The notes beneath the pieces were generated by a model that was not told where the DNA came from, made no database searches, and saw nothing but the letters and a program-made list of their open reading frames with translations. A stretch of 63,856 nucleotides of DNA, filler included, from Choristocarpus tenellus KU-1152 (Eukaryota; Protista; Phaeophyceae): the NCBI GenBank assembly GCA_964200185.2. It is 8 parts of 8 records of this genome, joined end to end, with 100 filler letters (N's around TTAATTAATTAA, not from the genome) between each part and the next. Parts side by side here need not be neighbours in the genome. Positions count along the whole stretch, not along the records: positions 1 to 19,942 come from CAXNAD020000430.1; 7 more parts are not named here. One strand, written 5' to 3'. This document shows positions 1 to 13,600 of this stretch, piece after piece (within the stretch, counting starts at the first letter, position 1; every line of letters begins with the position of its first letter). The position numbers and the translations under genes were made by a program.

Positions 1-2
1 AA

Positions 3-49
<47 letters not shown>

Positions 50-61
50 CCCCCAACAACC

Positions 62-102
<41 letters not shown>

Positions 103-519
103 GAACAGACATTTCAGGAAAGTAAAGCATCATTTTCACGTAAGTTTAAAAAGGCATATTACTGACTATGAACTCCTCAATAGATTTTGGGATAGTAGAC
201 TTGAGGATAAAACAGACCAAAAGCACACAAGTAGTACAAATGGAATTATTTTTCTCATCTGCCCATCGATAGCAGGTGTGTACTAATATTTGTCCAAGAA
301 ATCTGATTTGCTCAGCACCACACACACCTGTAACATCAACAGAAATAGTGATGATTTAATAAGGTCAAGGATTTTCAACCATAGCGATCATAGCAAAACA
401 AAAAATGGTACTTGAAAGTACGGCAGTGGCGGACAAGGCACAAGGCAAGTATACTTCCAACAATCTCTCACCACATTCAGCATCAGTTTTTAGTTTGAAC
501 GGTTTACAGGGTGGAAAAT

Positions 520-623
520 ATTCAGATAGTACATTCAGATAGTACATTTAGATAGTACATTCAGATAGTACATTTAGATAGTACATTTAGATAGTACATT
601 CAGATAGTACATTCAGATAGTAC
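520..623. repeat. 13-bp minisatellite (ATTCAGATAGTAC) x ~8
   Basis: Direct tandem copies with C/T variants are visible in the sequence. Confidence 0.95.
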
Positions 624-997
624 CCTGGGAAGACACTCCTTGCGACTTTGGAGCAGGCGGCATAGAATAGGCACAGTAGGTTGGATTTTGATGAGATTGT
701 AGGACAACCTCAGAAGAGGTTTCTACAAGACCTCCAACAATAATGAAAGGATCATGTTCCATATTGTATTTATAGTCTGTCCTGCAAACTGTTTCAACTG
801 ATGTTGAACTGAGGAAGTACATACTCGACATTACAACATATCTAACCCCAACCCTAACCCTATCAATAACGAAGATCATTATTCACCTCACCTCCTGCTC
901 TTTTCTCAAGACTATAAGAGCCATTATTAGTATAAAATAATAATGCTTAATGATACGAATGATCACTTCAAAGTGCACATTTTTAAGCTCAACTCAC

Positions 998-1568
998 CTA
1001 GTGAAGGTCTAGACCATAGTGGTGAACATGGTGTTTCCAGACCAACACCGCCAGCACCACTAAACCAAGCCACATCATCACATTGGTCATCATACCAACA
1101 TCCTTGGGTTCACTTCTCTCAGGCATCTTCGGCACGCCTGATCAAGTCAGTAACATACTCGCGTGAAAATGGTTCTGGTTTAATCAAATACATTACTGAT
1201 CAACAATAACTCATCTACTTCTCAATCTGTTCACTGCATTGCAGAGGTAGTACAAGAAAACTCCTTTTAAAAAATGGGAATATTCTTATCTGTTGTGGCA
1301 TGACATCATAGTGCTGGCACTGGTACAATACTGTGTCAACAAAGATGAGAGAGGGGAAGTCGTATGATGTAGCGCTTAGAGTTAGGTTTACGTGATTCTC
1401 ACAGTTAGGGTTAGGGTTGGAAATGACAAGCTTGCGCAACGACACTATATCTAACATTTTCCATGTCCACTGCCTGGAAAAAGGAGGTGCCCATCCTATT
1501 TAATTCTCACCAACCAGGAAGGTGTACTCTACTGTACTGTAGGAGTGATGCCAACAATTACCATAACA

Positions 1569-1626
<58 letters not shown>

Positions 1627-4600
1627 GTAATAATAATAGTAATAATAATAGTACTAATAATAATAATAGTAATAATAATAGCAACATTGGGGAGGTAGTG
1701 GTCACCAATGTATGCAATCCATTGCACAAGGGTGTCACCAAGTCTCATGTAGTCACATCTGGGAGTATTTCATGTGTTGGAAACACTGCCTCCCAGCCAA
1801 CCATAGCATAGCCCTTCTGTGTGGGCACAAATTCTCATCTAAGAGAGATTTTTGGTCTGTAAACCGGCACCCAATACATCTGGCAAACGATCAAAAAGTC
1901 AGCAGATCATCAACGTAACGCTAAACTAAAGCCATGTGAGCAGAATTATATGTGAAGTAAGAGCTCCAAAGGATCATATTTGAAAATGTTTAGTCTAATA
2001 TTGAGCACCATAGTTTCTATCATACTCTACCCTAACCCTAACTCTAACTAGCATATCGTTACACATTCATCGTATCTTGAATTTCATATCATTATCAAAG
2101 GTCATCATTGTTTCTTCATCCAATAGAAGAGTAGAACACTAAAAATACAACTAAATAAGATGAATTCTCCTAAGACACTCCCCACACACACCATTACTGT
2201 CAACAGCAGTTACCTGTTTCGACTACCTGTATACTAGCTAGCCCTAACCCTCATAACATCAAAATCAATAACAATAGCAAGATTAATTTCTTAACTCAAA
2301 AACCTTTATATTTCTATATTTAGTAGAGGTAAACTAGGATATCCCGTAGTCCATCACATATTAAAAAAATCATACATGTATGGGGCGGCAAATAAAAAAC
2401 AAGAAACCATGTATCATATCAAGAGGGGGGTAGTAGTCCAATTGTTGTGCAAAACAGAGGTACAATTCCTGATACACAACAAAAGTAGTGTCCAAGAATT
2501 GCCTATGAACTATCCCTCTCAACACCACCATCTTGAATTATTCTCCATTCAGCACGGTTTCCACTGTATCTAGGGCCAAAAATATATCAGCTAGATGTCA
2601 ATCCTGGTAAAAAACACGCCACTCTGTTTAGGATTAGCATTAGGGTTAGGGCTGGTTGGTCCAAAGGGTTGGGTCACCAGTCTCTTTACCACCTGAGCAG
2701 TCTACAAAACCTCCATGCCATTTTAGGTTTACAAATAGTCCTTGACCCAAAGTAGGAGAAAAGCATGGTACAATGTCTCTGTCTTGAGGTGGAAAATGGT
2801 TTGGCCTTGACCTAGGCCAACCTATTACAACCAATTACACAAAGTGGGTCAAATCGCAGGGGATGAATGCCCTTTGCTGTAGGATGTCCAAAAGAGGCCA
2901 AGCAAAGTCTTTAAAAAAGGGGCTCATGAAAAGGCACAGAAAGGAAATGACTGCACGGAAATATCGTATCTTCCAGACAAACAAAGAAGCAGTCAGGTAT
3001 GCGGACCTCCAAAATCAGTTCCACAATCCTGTGAGCCAGTTCATACCTGGAAAATGGTGCGATGTAGGATTGATATAATTATGTAACACAACTTCGACCT
3101 TTTGGATAAAACTGGCAACAGACTCATTGCAAGACTTGACCCAAATTGGAAAATCCCACTGCACTTCCAGGTAACAGAGGGAATTTGTGTTGCAGTCGGG
3201 AAGGGTGCAGAGACTGTCTCCACTACACACAGCAACCCTGAGGGCGAACACAACAACATTTTCCTGCATCTACATCAAAGGCACCTTAGTGAGACTTCCT
3301 TATCATCTTCAAGGGCGAGGGGGGCGTCCAGCCTGTTTGGGTGGAGAGTGACCCTGAAGGGACATTGTTCGCAGCTACAACATACCTTTTCATCCCCATC
3401 AAGCTATGGGTCGGCAAGTTCAAGGAAGTTTGTGAGGAAGCTGAGGGCAGAGGGGCACCACAATGCTGTGTTCATTATTGGGCACATACCACAGTATATT
3501 GCGCCGGCTATCACAGAGCAAAGTTCCAAATATGGTGCAAGGTATACGCATCAACACATATCAACACACACCAACACACATGCATGAGGGCCATGTCAAG
3601 GAAGGGTACAAGTCCAACAAGACGCCTGTAGTGAAGACCCAACCAGAGAAAAAAAACAGTGATTGTCAGGTATGACTCTGTCAGGGAGAACATGAGGTGC
3701 CTCAAAAGGCGTAAGATGGACACAAGAGGTCCAGGACAGAAGAGAAGAAGTCCTTAAGGAGCAAGAGAAAGCCACTAACACTCCACACAAAGCAGCTATC
3801 AAAGTCGCAAGCAGCACACCTCCATTCAGGGAGAGGGGACATGATGGGGGGAGTAGAGGAGTTCAAGGCGGGTATGGGAGGAAGGGTGGAGGCAATCATA
3901 TGGACAGCACTAGACCAGCACTTCCGTTGTGCTCTCTTCATCAGACCCTCTACAAAATCAAGTACTCACCACCCTTGATTGTTAGTAGTCAATGTGGTCC
4001 AGTAGCATCGTGAGGAAAGAAACAAACCAGAGGTTTGCCTGGGGAAAATGTTGCAGGTTGTGCTTGGGGTTGGGGAAAAGGAGAGGAAATCCAACCCTAA
4101 CACTAACCAGTCACCACGCTCGAGCAGGATCAGGAGGAAGGGTACAGGGGGTACAGGGTACAGGGTACAGGGGGAGGGGGGGACTGTGTGGTCTGTCTCT
4201 GTTTGGGCAACAGGAGGAGGAGAGGCTTCATCACTAATAAATAGCAGTCACTCTGCTCCATTTTCACCAAGAGGATTTGCACTAGGAGGCAGGCTGTGCC
4301 TGGGTTGTAGGGAGAGGCAGGATGTGGCAGAGTGAATCTGTTCCTGCAGGTGAAAAATCTTGATTATTGACTTGAAAGTGAAAGTCCAGCGGATGGAGTG
4401 TCTGTTAAACTTTGACCTTCAATTTAGCTAATACGGAAGTATAACCAATGATGTTGGCATCACAGGTCAGAGCCCAGCCAAACAGGATAAGGCAATTATT
4501 CATTTCTGGCCCTAACCCTCAATAACATTTATAGAAAAAAAAATTCAACAAAAAATCGTTGAAGTACGGGTGAAAGGGAAGGTAGGTTTCTGACAATAGT

Positions 4601-7600
4601 TACAAGAATCCACCGCTTCTCATCTAGCAATAACTACTACTACTGATCTCTGAAGGAGCCCATAAGATAGGCATAGACGGCTTACAATCTGCTCAACACA
4701 AAGCCAGATCACACCTTCAACAGATTTGGTAAATTGACCAAGAGTATTGGATGCTCAGACATTTGTCCCCCCTCCACTGGTCCACAATGCACTGGTTTGC
4801 CCCCAATGTACACAAGGCATTCGCCGATACTTCAGCAAACAACATATGCATGCATGTGTGTGTACCAGTGTTTGTACGCCTGATGATGACTAACCCTAAC
4901 CCTAACCTCCACCACTGACCGAAAAAACACCCCATCACCATCACCATCACCATGCCAACAGTGAGAACAACACATCCATGCCTGTCCATGCTTGATCGTA
5001 ACTAAACCACCATCTTCTCCTACCACAAGAAGAAACAGCACCTCACCTCCATCGTCATCACCATCACCATCACCATCACCATCACCATCACCATCACCAA
5101 ACTATACAAGCCTCACCTGCTACCATTTGATTCCCATCACCCCTAACAAATGGGTGCTTGCCCGATTCCTCAAGGACCCCCCGCCCCTTCCTCAACAGCC
5201 ACCTCCACCTCCACGATAGGCTTGCCCCTATCTGTCCCAGATTGCTTGGCTTCCTCCACAGAACAGTTTCCCCTTAACACACAACCTTTCACTACCAACT
5301 TGAGAGGTCTAGAGTACCACTGAAGTCTGCCTCGAACTCTATGTCCTGCGTTGGTCTCGTCCCAGTCCTGGTTTGTTCTGGCATTGACTAGGTGACTCTG
5401 CAAATGTTGCATGTATAAAGTGTATGCAAAACAGACAATAGACACGCCTTCTAAGTTGGAAAATATCGAGTACAAAAATCCATGCGTCCAACACAACAAG
5501 GTCCCATTGAGTGACTACCATAGAATACAGTACTAATTCAAGGAATTTGAATCAGACTTGAGAATAACAATAGGAACCATAAAATAGAGCCTTGGAACGG
5601 GTAATGGCCTGCCATCAAATTCACTCTTATTAGCAATTCCTTTTGCATTAAAAACAAATTAAGAAAATCAGAAGATGACTGGGCACAAGTATGACAGTAG
5701 AGTAAGAAGCAGAGATATCTCAAAGTATTACTAATTTCTCCATGTAACAACACAAATTGAACATATGATATTGATACATGCATATATACATATTCCCTCT
5801 GCCTGTACAATACAGTGGTCATGAAAACAAAACAATTATTACATATTACAACTACTGATAATATATTCTATAACTACTATAATACATCCCACAACTACTG
5901 ATAATACATACCTTGGGCTGATTGCTTTAAGGACACACACAACATCGTCCAAACTAGTACCAGTAACATTAATACCAACACGTTTCCACACTTGGTTTTT
6001 TTCAGTGCTCATATTCACAGAGATTGGGTTTGGGGCAGGGGTTGTAAGTGGTGGAGTTGGGTACAACGAGAAAAGTAGGTTTGGATGGAAATGTATGTCA
6101 GGGTTAGTGTTAGGGTTAGGGTTAGGGTTAATGTATGTCAAGCGGTGAGTAAAAGCATTGTTGTGCTCCTCTGCACTCATGTGAATACAATAAATATATC
6201 AAGGGTTAGGGTTAGGGTTAGGGTTAGTACTGTTTATATCGATTGACAAGGAGCATTGGAGTTTCGAAGAGAGATTAAAGTATTCTTCATGCTAAGGTGT
6301 TTTTTTTATTGTTCCAACATCAGGTCACCTAAGACAGAATTTTGCATCAAATGTAGAAATGTCAGAATCAAAGGTAGGAAAAAAGCATCCAAATAAATCA
6401 CGTCATCAATCTGGGTCACAGCAACACAAAAACCAACACATTAACTAAAAAAGAAAGGTGAATTGCCAGGTATCCAACAGACAGATGAAAAATATATACA
6501 TATCACTTCATAACATAAGCCCAAAACACACTCTCCCTCTCTCAACCAACGGCACAACCCTAACCCCAAGTTTATCACACATGGAAAGGCACTGACTGCC
6601 TCGATCCTACATCAGATTTTATCTCAACATAGTATGTACATACACTGTAAACTCCTCAACCCTAACCCTAACCCTAACCCTACTGTCTCCACCACAGGGT
6701 AAAAACCCTAACCCTGTCTCAAGCGTCACGGTTGCCACACACAAATTCTGCTACAAAAACAGAACAAAAAATTATTAATAAAAAAAAACTCAATAGTTTA
6801 TGCTACAAGTACACTATGTCATACAGGGCGAAATACAATTGTACGCAACACACTGCTACTGACATGCGCATACCATACAGCATATTGAAATGCACCTGAG
6901 AAAGCATGAAGGCCTACTCCCAACCCTAACCCTAAAATACCACCTCATCGATTTTACTCTTGCTTGAACTGATCACAAGACAATAAATTTATTTCCATTA
7001 TCAATCCCTATTTCAAATGATCCAATCAAATATAGATTTCATCGTGTAACGTCACCCCCAGTTGGCAACCAAGTGCACAAATGATAACCCTAACCCTAAC
7101 CCTAACCCTAACCCTAACCCTAACCCTAACCCTATATATATATAAATCCACTTCCATATAAACTGAACGATCTTTTTTTTTAAGTCTAAGAGATCACACG
7201 AAGTAACTTTGCCTCCACAGCAATGGAGGAAACAATGATTAATAAAAAGTAATTAGATATAGTCAGTACGAATAAATCAATGGCATGACCTTCATCTAAA
7301 CATATCTTGACACAATCCACCCACTACATAATAACAATAATAATACAGAAGTTTACACACCTGAGGAGGCCTGCCCGGAAAAGCCTTTAATTCCTGATCA
7401 GCCCAGTCTTTATCTACCTCTGCCACCGCCACAACAAAAACTACAAACTCCTCCACCTTTTTCCCCTTGTTCAGCTGAGACACATCCACCTTTTTCCCCT
7501 TCAAGCTATTCCAACCCACAGGAATACCCAACTCCACTCTTCCCTTGAAACTTGGCCCCAAGGTCTTAGTTTGAGCCCCCTCCCCCCCCCACCGCCCATC

Positions 7601-10600
7601 TCCAGTAAGCACTGGTCCACACTGGGCATCTGAGGTTGCCATCCCTACGGTCACAAGCTTCTCACTCAACAGTTCAGGTGAGCCAATAGTATCGTCTTCT
7701 AACCCTTGTGGCCATAACCCCCACACCACCTACAGTAATAGGGTTAGGGTTTAAAATATCATGAAAAAGCCATTGGGGGAGGGGGGTGGAGGGGAGGGGG
7801 GAGTTGTTCTTGCATCTTGAATCATGAAGAGAAATTGCTCATTGAGGAGGAGTGTAAAGCGCATGAAGACAAATGTGTTGTGTTAAAACGTATGTGTTGT
7901 GTTAAAACGTATGTGTTGTGTTAAAACGTATGTGTTGCGTTAAAACGTATGTGTTGCGTTAAAACGTATGTGTTGTGTTAAAACGTACGTGTTGTGTTAA
8001 AACGTATGTGTTGTGCTAAAACTTTGGGAGTGCAAATAATAATAAAGTAGTTACAAGACAATACCATCCGTTGCATGCACATCCATACTCCAAAAAATAG
8101 CATTTCAAGACATGAGCACAGTAACTTTGTATAGCAATGTCGATGACAAATAAAAATTCCAAGAGTTAATATGATGTACTGTGTACTACTGCAGTAATTA
8201 CAATAAATAACAATAAATGAAAGCTCTCCAGTATACTAACAACAATAAATATTGCACGACAGAATTATCCTGCTGCCTGTCTAACTTTACACTTAGTCCC
8301 TACCATAGCACATCTAACCCTAACCCTAACCTTTATCAAGAAAGAGCGATAGTGTTAGGGTTAAAAAGTAAAGGGCTCACTACGGTGCGAGATGAGACAA
8401 GGCATATCATCAATGACATCAACTTGTAGGATATCATTACCAAGGTCCAATTCAATCAAGTCAAGTCCAATTCCATCGAGTCAAGTCTTGTCAAACAAAT
8501 TCAACCCAAAAAATAGGTAACACTCAGTTACTGAATAAAATAGATTACCCTCAACTACTGAATTATTACAATTCACAGCAATACTGATACTACGTACATA
8601 CATATAATACAATACTAAAACACTGTATATAACTTCAATATAAAAATAAAATGATACCTCCCTCTGCACGTACAGGCTACACATTATTTTTTATACCTAA
8701 GCCATTGCAACCAACCCAGATTAACCCAGATTAACCCTAACCCTAAACCAGATTCCATTACCAAAAAACATAAAGCACTCGACATATACCCTCTCCCCAT
8801 CCCCTCTCCACCTTCTCCAATGGTATTTTGTCTTGGCATAAACTGTGCACAATAACCCTAACCCTAACCCTAACCCTAACCCTCTCAAATATTGCCTCTT
8901 ACAGAAAAAAGAAATCCCGGGTCAGATATAGGATTGCTGATCACACACCCTAACCCTAACCCTAACCCTAAGCTAAATCTAACAACAATAACTGCATTCG
9001 CGAATGCCACTGGTGATATACTATACTATAGACATCACTGGTGGAGTAGATAGTGGGAGGTAGAGCAAGTGATGGATTTAAGAATGTATCATTGTTGTTG
9101 CATTACCTCCAATAACACCATTCTGTTGTGTATCTGACATGTGACATAATGGGGTAACAGATATCCTCCTTGATTAAGGTACACTGATTAGCGTCCTGCG
9201 CCAGGCATGCCAATAAAATAGTAAAATAGTCAATAAAATAGTCATACTGAACACAAACAAAAGTAGCGATTCATAGGTATTAAGTGTGGATGATGGAGAG
9301 AACTCACTCTCTAGGATTATAGGAATCAGGGAAGCACTAATGGAAATTATGGAATCAGTGGAATGGTATGACTAGTTTGAAATAAAACAATGACGGCATT
9401 ACTACTTTGAAATAGACAAATGATGTTACGACTACTTTGAAACAAACCAATGTTGTGTGAATGGTTTGCACTACACTGTTGGAAGTATGTAAGATGTACG
9501 TATATATGTGTATGTATATATGTGTATATATATGTGTGTGTATATATTGGGTGCATGCCTTACATTGCCATACCAGAACATCAAACCACCACATCAGCAA
9601 AGTGTTGGTGGGAAAACCCTATTTGTGTTCAAAGCCTATTTGTGCTCAAAGTAGGTGAGTTGCCGATTTTTCTATAAATTTCAAAACATTGTTCAGTGAA
9701 CAGAATCAAGACCACAATCGACCTTTTAACCCTAACCCTAGAATATACACATTCATATCAAGTCATACATTTTACTCTGTCAAGGCTTATTATAGATTAT
9801 ATTACTATAGGTTCAAGTGAGATACCTTCAACATGCTATAGAATGATGCAGTAATATTCCTGGGACATTTTGCTGTGCAAACAAGATGACCACCACTACC
9901 AAGGTAACCCTAACCCTAATCCTAACCCTAACCCTAACCCTAGGAATTATCACTTGAAAGTCGGCAGAGGATTTCTTTGCTTTCGCCATCAGAGTTCATT
10001 CTTAAATCATTAATACTATTAATACATTATTAAAACAATACATTCAGTTTAAATATTACTAATATTATACATTCAGTTATTACATTATTAATACTATACA
10101 TTCAGTTTTTACCATATTAATACTATACATTCAGTTAATACATTATTCAAACCATACATTCGGTTATCACATTATTAATAATATACATTCAGTTATCACA
10201 TTATTAATACTATACATTCAGATATTACATTTTTAATACCATACATTCAGATATCACGTTATTAATAATATACATTCAGATATTACGTTACTAATGCTAT
10301 ACATTATTAATACTATACATTCAGTTATTACATCATTAATACTGTACATTCAGTTAATACATTATTAATGCAATACATTCAGTTATTACATTATTAATAC
10401 TATGCATTCAGATATTACATCCTTAATACTATACATTCAGTTATTACATTATTAATACTATACATTCAGTTAATACATTATTAATACTATACATTCAGTT
10501 ATTACATCATTAATACTATACATTCAGTTAATACATTATTGATGCAATACATTATTAATACTATACATTCAGTTATTACATCCTTAATACTATACATTCA

Positions 10601-13600
10601 GTTATTACATCATTAATACTATACATTCAGTTAATACATTATTGATGCAATACATTATTAATACTATACATTCAGGTATTACATCCTTAATACTATACAT
10701 TCAGTTAATACATTATTAATACTATAAATTCAGTTATTTCATCATTAATACTATACATTCAGTTAATACATTATTGATGCAATACATTAATAATACTATA
10801 CATTCAGTTATTACATCCTTAATACTATACATTCAGTTAATACATTATTAATGCAATACATTTACCAACAACGGTACAACAAATTCCACAAATACCAACA
10901 TAGCATATCACCCAGTAAACCCTAACCCTCTTTCTTACACATTGAGTCTAAACATGATATTTTCATAATAATAATACTAATAATAATAATAATATAAGTG
11001 TTACTAGTATAAATAACACACAAATGCGAGAGACTAACCCTAACCCTAACCCTAACCCTAAGGTCTTTGACACACCATAATAAAAAAGGGATCATTGCAG
11101 TGCACATGGACAAGAAGGGTTCTCAATATCTCGACAGCCAGTCTCAATCTGTACTGATGGTCCTCATGATAACATGAACACAATCAATGATTTCAAGAAA
11201 CTCTGATGCATAAATACATACATACATACAAGTACAATAAAACAATATTGATAATATGAATAGTAATAATAATATTAATAAGTTAATAGTAATGATAGTA
11301 ATAACAAGATATGTGCATATATTAATACCAGTGAGAGCTATCCCCAATGGTGTCTCCGCTTGTACTGGTACAACACACAATAATAATAAAAAAGTAGTAA
11401 CATTAAAAGAAATAATATTAACAGAAATAATAATAATTACAGTAAGACAAAACTGCAGCCCTACATATCACACACAGGAAACTGAGAAAAATAGACAGTT
11501 TAATACAGTTCATAATACATGCATATCTGTAAGGTTAGGGTGTGGAGTGACATCTGTATGGGCATTTCATACCTGAGTCTTGTCCACATGGAAACTGCCA
11601 CCAACAGCCCACTCCACATCCACCCCGTTATCACCATCCAATGACAACATCTCCTCCTGCCAAGGATAGGGTGGATAAATCAAGGAGTACAACAATACAA
11701 TAACATTGACGATAATAATAATAATAATAATAATAGTAATAATAATAATAATAACAATAGAACTCATAGTATACAAATGGCTTTGCTCCTCCGAGAATCA
11801 CCGGGTCAAATAGTGTCAAATAGGGTCAAGTAGTGTGTGCACATATGGTGTTTGAGATATACATATGATAGATATGATAGATGTATGATGTTTAAGATAT
11901 ACATAGATAAATATATATATATGTATGATAGATTTATGATGTTTAAGATATACATATGATAGATGTATACATATGGTGTAACTCTGGTGTTTGAGGAAGA
12001 GATAGTATATGGAAATGGCATCATGGAAATTACATCATCAGAGCTTATCACAAGTGCATAGCCAGTTTCTCCATCCTGTCCCTCCTGGTGCATATCCTCC
12101 TTTCTGCATGCCTCCAGAATATCTCACAATCAGTAAGATCAAGGCCGTGATGCCCCTTCTCTTTTCTCCTCTTGACTCCTTCTCTTTTCTCTTTCTCTTT
12201 CTCTTTCTCTTTCTCTGGTGCATGTGACTCTCTCCAGCACATGACCACCTCACAGGTTGGTTATCAGATCGCTGCAATACTCTTACAAAATAACTAATCA
12301 CCAAATAAAAAATAACCTTTGTATAGTACAACACTAGAATGGCCAAAAATAATACTGTATTTAATATTACAATAAATATATTTTAAAACATATATAGCAA
12401 GCAGTGCAAACGGTAGCATATTTCAGCCTTAAGCTATGGCGCATCTCACTAATCGGAGACATGAGATGGAGAGTAGTGTACAAGTCCCAACATGAGGTGT
12501 TGTAAGTGTCATTGTATAACTTAAGATAATGCAATTGGTATCAAAATAGTATCAATAAGAGCCAGTGCAAGTCACAGAGAACAGAAGTTCACATGGGAGG
12601 TTAGTGTGATTGGTTCAACCTCTTGGGCTTCAGAGTCAGTATTTGTATTTGTATTTGTAATATGAGCCCACCAGAAAAACCATGGTAAGGGTTAGGGTTA
12701 GAAAACATGGTAAGCACATGCAAAATACAGAAGAGACCCAATGACAGTCATCAGGTAGACCCAGTCCAAACCATGGGTGTCGGGTTAGCAATAACAAAAC
12801 TAGTAACCCTAACCCTAACCCTAACCCTAACACTTACCCTAACCCTAACTTGTTTTATGTTCTGTCAATATTCATTTCTAGTGTTCTTAGAATTAAAATA
12901 GTAAATTAGTTTTGCTGTTAGTGTAATGTTAGTGTGATACGAGCAATAGCACTGCAAGGATGAGAGTTGTACTGGTTAGGGTTAGGGTAACACAAAAATG
13001 GTTTCCATCAGGAAATAAACAGAAGACAAAATGGTGTAGATTACACAATATACACGTATGTATATGTATATAGGGTTAGGGTTATAGGGTATAACAACAG
13101 GGAAAAGAGAAACAACAACAAACCAAAACCTCTTTTTGAGAAAAGGACAAATTACCTTCCATTAACAAAACCTTCACCCTAAGACCAAAGAACAAAGAAC
13201 AAAATAAAGATAGAAATGGCTCAAGGTATCTGAGGGGGGGGGAGGGGTGACAGCTGTTCATTCAGGACACATTTCACCATGTTATTTTTTTTGTTATTTT
13301 TTTGTGATTTGGTTGTTATGTGTTGGACGGACATACTAAGTGCACTTTTTCTGGTCAGGGCCCGAATGGACACCCTGGTGTAGACCCCTCCCCCCGCCCC
13401 CACCCCCCCAAATGCTTTGAGCCAAGTAGTAAAAAAACTGCCAAGAATTAAATTGTAACAATACTAGCAATAAATAGATAGAGTGAAAATAATAATGTCA
13501 TTAATAATAATAGATGAAAACCCATAAAATATTCGTAAGGAACTACTGGAGATGCATAGCGTAAACCCTCCAAAAAGTCGTATTTCAAAATATTAGGTCA

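Noticed and set aside
1-100. Poly-A and poly-C runs at the window start
   Set aside because: Low-complexity sequence, most likely a sequencing or assembly artefact rather than a poly(A) retrocopy tail.
1500-1811. Poly-Ile/Leu/Asn ORFs, and GLGLGL/LTLTLT/VRVRV ORFs elsewhere
   Set aside because: These are translations of AAT microsatellites and telomeric hexamers within introns.
10010-10862. CRISPR-like array
   Set aside because: The units are directly adjacent with no unique spacers, there are no cas genes, and it lies in a eukaryotic intron.
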